Below are positions 1-11,959 of a stretch of DNA of 64,000 bases, one piece after another (position 1 is the first letter of the stretch; each line of letters opens with the position of its first letter). The notes beneath the pieces are model-generated. The model saw only the letters and a list, made by a program, of their open reading frames with translations. It made no database searches and was not told the DNA's origin. Source of the stretch: Octopus vulgaris (lineage: Eukaryota); contig OX597828.1 in assembly GCA_951406725.2 (NCBI GenBank), positions 13,888,001-13,952,000 on the forward strand. Direction: 5' to 3'. A program made the position numbers and the translations under genes.

Positions 1-2019
1 ATACAGAGGGTTACTTACTGCTTTCTCCTCCGTTTTTGCTTTCTCCTCCGTTGGTTTGTCCTCGAGTAGATCCCAGTACAGTTTCTTTGTGAGATATTTT
101 TGGCATTTACCAACCGCACTGGGGAAAATGCCTTTGAGTGTGTGGTGCAGACTTTTGGAGATGTGTAATATTTTGATGTGGTCTGGTGGTGTTGTGTATG
201 GGTGATTGTTTGTTTTTATGTCATCTTCTGTTATGTTTGTTTTTGATTGGATGTATTCCATTAAATTTGTGTTTTTGGTGTCTATGGCTGTGAGCATGTT
301 TGCTGTATATGTTTTGGTGGTGTTGGTGTGGCTGTTGTTTGCGTTGGGTTTTGAACTGTCTTCGGGAGATGTATTTCCCCCTGCTTTGTTCGTGTTTGCA
401 TTTGGTTTGGTTGTGTTTCTGCTCTTTATTTTCCTTCTTTTTGTAGCTATTTGCCATTCCTCACTGGTTTCGTCTTCCGACGAAATTTCTGAGGAATCAG
501 AAGGGGGTAGGGGTATGTTGTGGGCTTCTATGTATGTCTGTGTAAGTGGTTGTGTTGTTGTTTTCGTTGTTGTTGGTTGTTGAGTGTTTGTGTGTGTTGA
601 GTGCGGTATAAGGGATGGGGGATCAGTTTGCGTGTGTTTTCTTTGTTTTTCTGTTCCTTTTGGTTTTGCTGTTGTTGGTGGTGTTGGTATTTTTCCAGGT
701 GTTGAGTGGTTTTTGGTTGATGACGGATTAGCTTGGTGTGCTTCTCTTGTCGTCTTCTGTGTTGATGGTGGTGTGGGTAGTAGAGCTTTTTTCCGGAGTG
801 CTTTGGTTGTGGTAGTGGTTGTTGTTGTTGCTCTTGGTGTGCAGTGGTTGGGCACGTCTTTTTCAAGTGTGTTTCGCTTCCACACAAATAGCAGCGTGGT
901 CGCCTGCCCTCAACCACTATATAGAGTTTGTAGCCTCCTGGCAGTTCTATAGCGGTGGGTATCTTCTCTCTTGCTGCTTCATCCAATTGAAGCAGGAATT
1001 CGATTGATTTGCCCACATAGTCTTTCTCTCCTAGAACCGCGATTTCCAGGATGTTTGTCTCTGACATTGTCTCTGACATTTCAAAGCAGATGGCAGAGAC
1101 CAACCATTGTGTTTCGACATCAAATGGTATGTTTTTTATTTGGACTTTCGTGACCCTTTTGTTTAAATAGACTGGTATCATTACCAAGTCGTCCGAATGT
1201 AGCTCCAATGTGGAAAAACGTTTTGCTAAACTTTCGTTGAGGAAACGTACTTGGACTGTACCAAATTTGTTTCCCCAACTGATATATTCCTTGGAGTCCC
1301 ATGCAGGACGAAGGCATTTTTCGATTTTTTCCTGCGGTGCATTTTCTGTTCTTCTTGTTTTTTTGTTTATTACTTTATAAATTATTGTTTTTTTTTTGGT
1401 GTTTTCCACGATGTGTTGTGGAATGTGAAGGTGCAATTTGTCTCCTTCTTTGGAGAAGAGTGCCTTTGTGCGGTTTATCTCTTGTGTTGTGAATGTTACA
1501 ATTGTTCTTTTTTGTTTTGTTACGTCCGCAAAATTCGTTTTGAATTTGGCAGTAGAAGTGTTAATTGTGGCAGTGTTAATTGAAGTCATGGTAGTGGTGT
1601 TGGTGTTGGCGGTATTAGCAGTAGAAGGCTTGGATGTAGCATTTGACGTCGTAGTAGTGGTGTTGGTGTTGGCGGTGTTGTCTTTGGTAGGCGGCTTTGT
1701 GCCAATTTCGTTGTTGTTGTTGTTGGTGGTGATGGTGACCACTGGCATTCATGTTTTCGTTTGTATTCATTTTTGAAATCCCTTTCTCTGTCCCTTTATC
1801 ATCAACAAGTGGTGTGGGGAGTGAGGGGAAATCTAAGTTAATGTCTTTGGTCGCGGCGATGGTGAATGCGGCGTTAGATTTGTTGTTGTTGTTGGTGGTG
1901 GTGGTGATGGTGGTGACAGCGGTGTTCACGCTGCGATGTTTAGTAGTTAGTGGTAGCAATAGTGTTTTGCTACCGTTCTGCATGACTGGCGGGCTAGCCA
2001 CGTGGTTTCTAGTTGCCAT
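1..2019 (-). pseudogene. ORF1 (gag-like nucleic-acid-binding protein) with two frameshifts
   Basis: MATRNHV.. (from 2019) shifts near 1745, apparently by a 4-nt AATG duplication, into the 528..1748 ORF. A second shift at the T-run near 790 gives a frame (KALLPTPP..EEWQIATKRRK..) that reads open to the window edge. Confidence 0.7.
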
Positions 2020-2232
2020 TTTCAAAATGAAAAATGGCTAAAAAACCCACGAAAGTTTTGAAAGTTTTTTTGTAATTTCGCCCATACAGGGGCGGAATTC
2101 TACGTGAATAATTCTCAGGTTTTTTAGTGAATGAACTTGCACAACGATTAAAACAAAATATTTGACAACAAGGAGTTTTAAACATGTAAAAGTGGCCAAC
2201 TTACGTGGAGCCGATATGACTATCGTCCGTCC
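1..2232 (-). mobile_element. 5' part of a Tx1/L1-like non-LTR retrotransposon (5'UTR + ORF1), running off the left edge
   Basis: ORF1-like protein with a gag-type zinc knuckle CYLCGSETHLKKTC (CX2CX4HX4C, ~852-893) after an RRM-like region (TKVQIKNIPFDV). The 5' end abuts a (GATA)n tract. Confidence 0.75.
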
Positions 2233-2237
2233 ATTGT

Positions 2238-2684
<447 letters not shown>

Positions 2685-3004
2685 TACAGTCTCCAATGTT
2701 TGCAACAGAGTGTTGTTTGGTGTTATGTATAATACACACTTCAAGTTTTGGCATTTTAGATTGTCTAAAAACCCTTTCTGATGTTGTAGGAATAAGTCCA
2801 TTATTGAATGTTGATATGTGCACGTGTTTTTTCTGGATGGGGTCTACGCAGGATTGCACCTAAGGACTTATGGACTTATTTCTACAACATTGGAAAGTTG
2901 AACTGTGAACTTTTACGCTTCTTTTTTTTTCTCTCTCTTCATCGCCTTATTCCTTTTTACTCCTGTCTTCTATGTCGTCATTTCATTAATCTATACCCTT
3001 ATTT

Positions 3005-3060
3005 GTCTCTGATGACGGAATATCCCATACCCTGGGATATCCCAGAAACAGTTGTAAGAC
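3005..3060 (+). ncRNA. Minimal type I hammerhead ribozyme motif (Penelope-type), slightly decayed
   Basis: GTCT-CTGATGA-[CGGAATATCCCA TACCC TGGGATATCCCA]-GAAAC-AGTT-GTA-AGAC. Core intact, stem II 10/12 paired, stem I GTCT/AGAC, near-palindromic stem III CAGTTG. Confidence 0.75.
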
Positions 3061-3219
3061 TCGGAATTTCTTTCAATAATAATAATATATACGACTTGAG
3101 ATGTTTGCCTTGCCTTAACGTTTGTTGTCCTCTTTAACAATTATATATCCGCTATATCGGAAATCTGCAATGGCTCCATTTCGTGTGTTTAATCGGCAAA
3201 AGATGACCATCTCCAAGTA

Positions 3220-3262
<43 letters not shown>

Positions 3263-3596
3263 ATTAAACACGCATTATTTATTTGATCTTCACTTTATTA
3301 CTTCAGCTTTATTACTATTATTTTTAGTTTTTTTTGTCAAAGTTCTTTCTAGAAAAACAAAATGGAATAGGCAGGACAAGAAGAGACACTTGGGACAGAA
3401 AGTCGTTAAAGAAGTCAGAGAATGTGTGACGAAAGAACTTTGAGAAATAAGCCAAAAATAATAACTTAGCTAGAGTGAAGATCAAATAAATAGTGCATGT
3501 GTTTAATTGGCGAAAGACGACCGTCCCCAAGTACAACAAAATGTTTCAAAACGCATTTTACATCAAATATCTTGCAAAGTACATAAACGAAAATTT

Positions 3597-3727
<131 letters not shown>

Positions 3728-4049
3728 ATACATGCCGTTCTTCCACGCAGATTCTGGCGACCAAAGTCATGATATTTGTTGGCATGGCTTGGGGTTATAA
3801 GAGAAGATACCTAAATTGCAGCTCTGTGGAATGAACCCGAAAACATACGGTTTCGAAGTGACATTCTTAACTAAACACCGATACCTCTTTCGAATTTAAG
3901 ACTTAAGCCTCTGGTTAAGGGCTTTTTTTTTTTGGAGACATGGGCAAGGGTTTTCTTAGAGACAAGGGTTTTTTTTAGAGACATAACCACCCGTAAGCAG
4001 TTTCAAATTTAACTAAGAGATACTTTTCCCAGGGGTCCCGGAGTTTAAG

Positions 4050-4255
4050 ACCGCGTGGCTAATGGTTAGAGTGTTGCTTGCAAAGTTGTAATCTTGATTC
4101 CTGGAATGAGCGATGCGTTGTGTTCCTGAGCGAAGCACTTCATTTCACGTTGCTCCAGTCTACTCAGCTGTAGAAATGGAAAAACTTTGCGATGAACCTA
4201 GCGTCATAGAAGCCGGGTGAAATTCCGACCTTATGAGCCCTTGGGCTCAAGACAG
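4050..4255 (+). mobile_element. tRNA-derived SINE, family C (degenerate)
   Basis: Head GCGTGGCTAATGGTTAGAGTG; body motif TTCACGTTGCTCCAGT..CTCAGCTG shared with copies at ~24750, ~29030, ~31060, ~42910 and ~61110. Confidence 0.7.
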
Positions 4256-4761
4256 TAATACCTAGGGTTTATAATGATGATAATGATTATGATAAAGATA
4301 GAGTTTTGGCGTAAAGTCTCCCCATTCGGTTACTTGTAAACAGAAGACCTTTAAAATAAAAAGGTTTATGGTTATTATTTCTAATTTTTGTTTTATCATT
4401 CAGATCAAAATAAAAATGAAAAGATACCCCACCGTTTCCCTTGGTAACATTTTACGCTCCATCTTTATTTAAATTCAAACCAGATGCCTGGTATGAATTC
4501 CTCTTCATCTCATATTAACTCACTCGTTCTGAAGCCTATAATTGAAACAAAGTACAAATGACCCAATGTTTTGTTTTACTTAATGTTAATCAATATTTAT
4601 AATTATTAGATTAATTTATATTGCTTTGTGTTTTTTAGACGATGCATGGCTTAGTAACCGAACAATTACCAAGTTCTTGTAGCAGAGATAGTGAAGTGCG
4701 TTCCGGAAGCACTATGTTAATAAATGCCAAATAAACCTTAAAGTAAATATTCATATAGCTC

Positions 4762-5304
4762 TATGTATGTATGTATGTATGTATGTATGTATGTATGTAT
4801 GTATGTATGTATGTATGTATGTATGTATGTATGTATGTATGTATGTATGTATGTATGTATGTGTGTGTATGTATGTATGTATGTATGTATGTATGTATGT
4901 ATGTATGTATGTATGTATTTATGTATGTATGTATGTATGTATGTATGTATGTATATATGTGTGGCTGTGTATGTATAACTATGTGTTTATACAAATGCAT
5001 ATATGTGTGCATATACATATATTCGTACGTATGTATAAATATATATATATATATATACATACATATGTATGTCTCTATGTATGTATACACACACGCACGC
5101 ACATACACACATACATATATACAAATATATACATGTACATATACACGTATTCATACATATATACATACACACATGCACACACACATACATACATACATAC
5201 ATACATACACACACACATACATACATACATACATACATACATACATACACACACACACATACATACATACATACATACATACATACATACATACATACAC
5301 ACAC

Positions 5305-5335
<31 letters not shown>

Positions 5336-5370
5336 TACATACATGCATGCATGCATACATACATATATAG
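4762..5370. repeat. (TATG)n/(CATA)n compound microsatellite
   Basis: Read directly from the sequence. Confidence 0.95.
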
Positions 5371-5654
5371 CCACATGTATAGATAGTTACGAAATGTCTG
5401 AATATGATGCGTTATCATTAAGTCCGTTCTGCACATGCTGTGATTCTACGGCTCAACAGAAATACGTACCTACTTGACGATCATTGGTAACCATCCTTCT
5501 GGGTCACTTTCCGAGCGTAATGTTATGAGAAGACATGGGTGGCAAAAGTGACATTAAATGACCCAGGGTTGGGCGTTTGGTGTTGTTGACAGAAGATAAA
5601 GGATTTCGTTTTTATTGGGTTTATTTATTTATTTATTTATTACGTTAGTGTATA

Positions 5655-5876
5655 GGCAGCGAGCTGTAAGAATCGTTAGCACGCCGGGCGAAATGCTTAG
5701 CTGTGTCTGCCGTTACGTTCTGAGTTCAAATTCCGCCGAGTCCGACTTTGCCTTTCAGCCTTTCGGGGTCGATAAATTAAGAACCAGTGAAACACTGGGG
5801 TTGATGTAATCGACTAGTCCCCCCACCCACCCAACAAATCTGAGGCCTCGTGCCTCCAGGAGAAAGGATTATTATG
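5655..5876 (+). mobile_element. SINE family B' (ATT-tailed)
   Basis: GGCAGCGAGCTG..GTTCTGAGTTCAAATTCCGCCGAG..CCTTTCGGGGTCGAT body, ending in ATTATTAT. Confidence 0.8.
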
Positions 5877-5894
5877 CTAGTGCATGCTAATTTA

Positions 5895-6742
5895 CTTAGC
5901 AGGTGTTTTATCTTCATGTTTGAAGACAACAAGAACCTTTTTTAGGATTCCTGCAGAATATAGGATGGTACTTTTCTGCTGGTCGACAATGCGAGTTTTA
6001 ATTCCGATCTCCTTCAGTATTTTAGGTAACATTTTGTATTTTATGCCAAGAGCACCGATCACTGCAGGAATAAATGGTGTCTTGGTCTTCCACATTCTAC
6101 TCTGCACTATGGATAGATCCTGATATTTCCCAATGCTTTTAATTTCTTCGGTGTCGCCACTGCTGTCATAGAAAATTGTAAAATCTATGATCTTGGCGGC
6201 TTCGATAGCAGAGACCTGAGAACCATCGCGAACATCTGATGGAACCGTCATGTTTCCAACAAAGAAGTTTGTGCGCGCACTCATTAGCCAGCAGCCTCTC
6301 GCCTCATAGCTATCTGTCTCATGTGCTGGTACGGACATGTCCTCTGCCTCCAGCCCGATCATCGTACGAGGGCCTTACTCTCATTCGACACAGCAGTTAC
6401 GATATTGAAGATGGCTAGATGTCATTAAGGAAGATGGTTAGACGTGATTAAGGAAGATCTCCAGAAGCTCATCATCATCTTGAGGGTGTAGAGGGGGCGG
6501 CACGATACTGTGCCGACGATGATAAGTATTGGTGGATCTGGTCGACTCTACGCACGATCACGATGATGTCTCTGGGACTACTAACCTGGGATAACCCCAG
6601 CTCTATCAAGCAAGAGCATGAGGCAAATGCAAAAAACAAAGCAAGCAGAGCATGATCTTACAGTTTATTTTCTTCTCTGTGATCATATCCGGTCTTCTTG
6701 CTTCAAATAGTATGGTTGGTCTTAATGGGGAAATCCCACAAT
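5895..6742 (-). mobile_element. R4/Dong-like RLE LINE 3' fragment, split by an RTE insertion
   Basis: LWDFPIKTNHTI..RRPDM (6660-6742) joins KIIDF..KYQDLSI..MWK..PAVIGALG..LKKVL (5895-6194), a restriction-like endonuclease C-terminus. Confidence 0.8.
6195..6651 (+). mobile_element. 5'-truncated RTE-clade LINE
   Basis: Translates as FDSRDLRTIANI*WNRHVSNKEV..WYGHVL..RWLDVIKED, with a CAAG-like tail; 8-bp TSD ATGATCTT (6187-6194 / 6652-6659). Confidence 0.8.
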
Positions 6743-6885
6743 ACCTAACTCACCAAACAAAATGCTTAGTGATGGCATTTCTTCCTGCTCTTTACGTTCT
6801 GGCTTCAAATTCCGCCGAGGTCGATTTTGCCGTTCATCCTTTCAATTTCGATTCATAAATATATATATACTTATATATATATGTA

Positions 6886-7235
6886 CAGGGGTTGGACAAA
6901 ATAATGGAAACCTAGGACCATAGCATCATAATTTTGAAATATCTATAAATCCGTCAAAAGCTTGTTTATTTTTGTTTTTTGATTTATTATTAGTGTTGCT
7001 TAATGTGCTTTGCTAAACTTGCTGTTTCTTTACAGATATTATCAGAAAAAGGTGATTAAAATACATTAAAATGACAGATCTATCGGACTTTCAAAGAGTT
7101 CAAATTGCTGGTGCTCGTATGGCAGGTACTAACGTAACGAGAACAGCCAAAATGTTTGATGTATCGAGAAGTACTGTCTCAAAAGTAATGGCAGCCTTTG
7201 AAAAAGAGAGAAAAACCTCCTCGTTGAAACAAAAC
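6886..7235 (+). mobile_element. Tc1-family transposon 5' fragment
   Basis: TA|CAGGGGTTGGACAAAATAATGGAAAC TIR-like start; ORF from 7071 MTDLSDFQRVQIAGARMAG..VSRSTVSKV is a Tc1 paired-like HTH; truncated at a microsatellite. Confidence 0.8.
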
Positions 7236-7291
7236 TGTGTGTGTGTATATATATATATAATTTTGTTGAATTTTCTGCTGCTTTAAATAAA

Positions 7292-7393
<102 letters not shown>

Positions 7394-7487
7394 GGGGGTG
7401 TAGTTATGTATAAACGTCAGTGAATTTAGGAACGTTGTTCCAAAACTAAACAAAAATCAATAAAGATATATGAAAATATATTATCTA

Positions 7488-8052
7488 TAGCTGAAGCAGT
7501 CCAACGACATTACACAAAGAAAATTGCATCAATGGGACGACAGAGCTACTGGGACAGATTGAAAGAGCTACGACTCCATTCCCTGGGACGAAGGCGAGAG
7601 AGGTATGCAGTGATATATATATATATAGAAGATACTGGACGGAGTGGTACCAAACTTTGGAATAAAGAGCTATATCAGACCACGAACAGGATGTGCTATC
7701 CCCACTGTGCCGACTGCTTCATCTCGGGCAAGGATGATGTACTGCAATAGCTTGGGTTTAAAGGGCCCACAGCTGTTAATTGTCTGCCGAAGAATCTGAG
7801 GAGCCTTCATGGAGTGGACGTAGATGTTTTCAAACGTGAACTTGACCTATGGCTCACCGAGATCCCGGATGAGCCAATATCTAGGCAAGAAACTCAAAAA
7901 AGGGCAGTGAGATCGAACTCCATCCTCCACCAAAAGCCGCTCCGACAAAGGTGGAAAGTGGAAATTGGAAAGATGATCACAATGGCGGTGCTCCATCATG
8001 GCCACAGTCATTGAACTGAAACATATAAAAGAATAAAGAATAAAAGAATAAG
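7488..8052 (+). mobile_element. CR1/L2-group LINE 3' fragment
   Basis: EAVQRHYTKKI..SYWDRLKELRLHSLGRRRERY..FKRELDLWLTEIPDEP, the ORF2 C-terminus; ends in GAATAAA repeats. Confidence 0.8.
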
Positions 8053-8219
8053 AAAAATGTATAAATTGTAAAAGATTAAACTCAACCACAGTCGTGTCTG
8101 AGATCGATCAAGTAAGCACTAAAGGTCGTTGCGATCGGCAGAAAACCCTTGAAGACGGTAAAAGAATATATATACACATATAAATAAATAAATATATATA
8201 TATACATATAAATAAATAA

Positions 8220-8287
<68 letters not shown>

Positions 8288-8619
8288 GTGCATGCATTTA
8301 TCTATCTGTGTATTTATTCATTTCTCCGTATCCAAAACAATTCATTTGTAAATCAATTAATAAACAACCATTTTATTACAGTTGAGCTGACAGCTATGAA
8401 TCGGTAAATCTTTCTATGTTTGGGAGAATGATTATAAGAGTTTTAATCAAATATTATTGATCACTCTCTTAGAAACCTTAATTCTTTTGCTCTCCCCCTC
8501 TCTCTCTCTCTCTCTCTGCTCTCTCTCTCTTTGTCTCTCCTCTTTCTCCTTATTTCTTTCGCAAACGTTTAGGATTTCGAAATAACGTTAGACTAGAAGA
8601 AAGAAATAATAGTTAAACA

Positions 8620-9900
8620 TAGGCCCAGGTATGGCTGTGTAGTAAGAAGTTTGCTTCCGCTTTTAGATGAAGGCGGCGAGCTGGCAGAAACGTTAGCACG
8701 CTGGGCGAAATGTGTAGCCGTATTTCTTCTGCCGTTAAGTTCTGAGTTCAAATTCCGCCAAGGTCGACTTTGCCCTTCATCTTTTCGGGGTCGATTAAAT
8801 AAGTACCAGTTACGTACTGGGATCAATATAATCGACTTAATCCGTTTGTCTGTCCTTGTTTGTCCTCTCTGTGTTTAGCCCCTTGTGGGTAGTAAAGAAA
8901 TAGGTATTTCGTCTGCCGCTACGTTCGAGTTCAAATTCTGCCAGGTCGACTTTGCCTTTCATCTTTTCGGGGTCGATTAAATAAGTACCAGTTACGCACT
9001 GGGGTCGATATAATCGACTTAATCCGTTTGTCTGTCCTTGTTTGTCCTCTCTGTGTTTAGCCCCTTGTGGGTAGTAAAGAAATAGGTATTTCGTCTGCCG
9101 CTACGTTCCGAGTTCAAATTCTGCCAGGTCGACTTTGCCTTTCATCTTTTCGGGGTCGGTTAAATAAGTACCAGTTACGCACTGGGGTCGATATAATCGA
9201 CTTAATCCGTTTGTCTGTCCTTGTTTGTCCTCTCTGTGTTTAGCCCCTTGTGGGTAGTAAAGAAATAGGTATTTCGTCTGCCGCTACGTTCTGAGTTCAA
9301 ATTCCACCGAGGTCGACTTTGCCTTTCATCCTTTCGGGGTCGAGTAAATACGTACCAGTTACGCACTGGGGTCGATGTAATCGACTTTACCCCCTTGTTT
9401 GTCCCCTCTATGTTTAGCCCCTTGTGGGCTATAAAGAAATAAGAGGATTGCTTCCTAACCACGTGGTTCCGGATTCAGTCTCACTGCGTGTCACCTTGGG
9501 TAAGTGTTTTCTGCTTTAGCCTCAGGCCGACCAAAGCCTTGAGAGTGGATTTAGGAGACGGAAACTGAAAGAAGCCCGTCGTATGTATGTAAATACATAC
9601 ATACATACAACCATACATACATACATGTGTGTGTATGCGTGTGTGTGTGTGTGTGTGTGCGTGTGTGTGTATGTGTATTTTTGTGTCTGTGCTTGTCCCC
9701 CACCACCGATTGACAACCGGCGTTGGTGTGCTTACGTTCCCGTAACTTAAGATGAGACCGATAGAATAAGTAGCAGGCTTTTAAAAAAAAACATAAGTAC
9801 TGAGGTCAATTCATTCGACTAAAATTTCTTCAAGGTGGTGCCCCTGTATGGCCGCAGTCTAATGACTGAAACAAGCAAACAAATAAAAGACTAAGATAAA
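8620..9900 (+). mobile_element. SINE family A, interrupted by a SINE-B tetramer
   Basis: Head AGGCCCAGGTATGGCTGTG..TTGCTTCC; resumes at 9448 with CCTTGGGTAAGTG, a microsatellite linker and the tail GGCCGCAGTCTAATGACTGAAAC. Confidence 0.85.
8671..9444 (+). mobile_element. SINE family B tetramer (one head + 4 x ~183-bp body)
   Basis: Units start at ~8720, 8903, 9085 and 9268; TSD TTGCTTCC (8651-8658 / 9448-9455) flanks the whole array. Confidence 0.9.
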
Positions 9901-10835
9901 AGATGAATATTAAAAACAAGAAAATGCAAGTTGTGTTGCTGTTTAGCTCTAAAATATCCCTGATCAGGTAGATCTATAATCAAAGCCGCTCCATTCTTGA
10001 CGATCCAATGCTTTTATTTTTAAAAACACTGTATACACAGTATTCTATGTGCTCTCCCGCCTCTTTTCGACAGTACAAAATGATTTGAGAGAGATTTAGC
10101 TGTTGTTTCTAACAGTACTAGTAACTAACAGTACTAGTAACTGTTTATAGGCTCCCTATTTGATTTTGATGAACGCTGAAGTCATTTCTCTATTGAATTT
10201 GAACCCAGAACAGTGAAATTAAAAGTCTAGTCCGGAATTACTATACCGTGTCTACTACCCCACCGTTTCCTTGGATGATTCTAAACTATTGACGGAGATA
10301 AAGAGTTTTACAGACAGTATATTTGTTCATTCATATTTGCATAATAATATCTTAGTTTAGAGAAGGTGTATAAGCTCCGATTAACAAAATAAGCTGAGCA
10401 TGGCTATAGGATTAATACGTATTGCTTCGCAACCACATCGTTCAGGGATGATGCTACGTAACTTATATAAATCCCTTCAGGAATGTATTATTGGTTTTCT
10501 TTTTTTCTATTTAAAATTCGTTGCAGATTCAGTTTCTGCCAGTGTTTTCTCAGCAAGTTAATAATGGAATTTTCTTTTCTTTCAAAAATAGTACGACTTG
10601 GAGCTTAACATTTATGAAGAGGTCTTTTCAGGTTGAAAAAAAAAAAGGAAATCGATTTATAATATATTAAAAATTATATTAAAAGATATATTATGATAAA
10701 AGATGAATTTAGATAACAAATACGGGGTCGATTCCTTCGACTAAAATTCTTCAACGCGGTGCCCCAGCATGGCCAGATTCTAATGGTTGAAACAACTAAA
10801 AGAATAAAAGAATATGTTATTTAGATGATTGCATA

Positions 10836-11088
10836 CAACTTAAATGGATGCCTTGTTAGAACACCGAATACTGCGTTGTTAGCAAAAAGAGACCGATAGA
10901 ATAAGTACTAGGCTTACAAAGAATAAGTCCTGGGGGGTCGATTTGCTCGACTAAAGGCGGTGCTCCAGCATGGCCGCAGTCAAATGACTGAAACAAGTAA
11001 AAGAGTAAAGAGAAAGAGTATATGAGAAGATCTCTCTAGGCTAACAACGCATTATTCGGTGTTCTAGCAAGGCAACCGTGTTAAGTTG
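10836..11088. mobile_element. Hairpin MITE with a SINE-A 3' fragment inside
   Basis: ~48-bp inverted arms CAACTTAA..GCGTTGTTAGC / GCTAACAACGC..TTAAGTTG around a SINE-A tail (~10885-11020). Confidence 0.7.
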
Positions 11089-11135
11089 GATATAATAATT
11101 ACCTTTTGGTACTAATACTGCTTCTGTCGCTAATA

Positions 11136-11477
11136 CCGTAAATCTTCGAGAATAATCCGCATTTCCCCCCCAAAATTTAAAAGTCAAATCCCTTTAAAAG
11201 TCATAAAAGAATCATCCATAAGTTGCAGTAAGCAACATTTATTAAACGTTATTACTGTTATTTCTTTATTCTGCAAACAAAATGCACAAAAAAAGCTACA
11301 CGTTTGTATTATGTTATATATATACAATAATAATAAAGGACGTTATATAGACCTCCTTGACTCAAGTTAGAGAAGGGGTGCGTATTATACACAAGATTTA
11401 GGTTTTTCAAAGGTACAGTCCTCTAAAAATCCCCTGCGTATAATACTCAAGGGCGGACTATACTCGAGGATTTACGG
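11136..11477. mobile_element. Tc1/mariner (pogo/Tigger-like) MITE
   Basis: TIRs CCGTAAATCTTCGAGAATAATCCGC / GCGGACTATACTCGAGGATTTACGG with TA on both flanks. Confidence 0.85.
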
Positions 11478-11959
11478 TAATTAATTAGATGATTGTGTTT
11501 CTACTATGATAAGAATACAATGTGACTGAAATATAACTTGGGGTTAGTTCATGTGTCAATATCTACGATATGATTTGTCTCATGACCTTTCTCATGCCTT
11601 TCTTGACTATCAAACGCATATAGATATTATTTTTGCGTGAATGACTCATATATGATGTACGTATCTGCATGTGAAACTCTAAGTAAGATATATTTACATT
11701 GAAGATATATTTACATTAAAACTTTACGCAATTAAATTTTGTGGTAGATGGTGTGCATGAAATATTGTTTCAACCTAGGCAGTCGAAAATTTCCCCTGAA
11801 GATTTATGAGTGGGTTTAAATGTAGAAAGCCATGCTACTAAAAGCTTATCACAGTATATTATAGATTTAAAGTATTTAAATCTTTCATAAACATTATGCA
11901 TATACAAAAAGATTTATTCTGAATATAATTAAAAGTTATTAAGCGTATGAAATTTCATA

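Noticed and set aside
206-2041. Plus-strand hydrophobic ORFs
   Set aside because: Antisense shadows of the A/C-rich ORF1
4761-5477. MYVC/HTYI/IY/CV-repeat ORFs here and throughout the window
   Set aside because: Stop-free frames of (TATG)n, (TA)n and (CA)n microsatellites
8720-9444. Regular repeats resembling a CRISPR array
   Set aside because: Units are ~183-bp near-identical SINE bodies with no unique spacers; eukaryotic context
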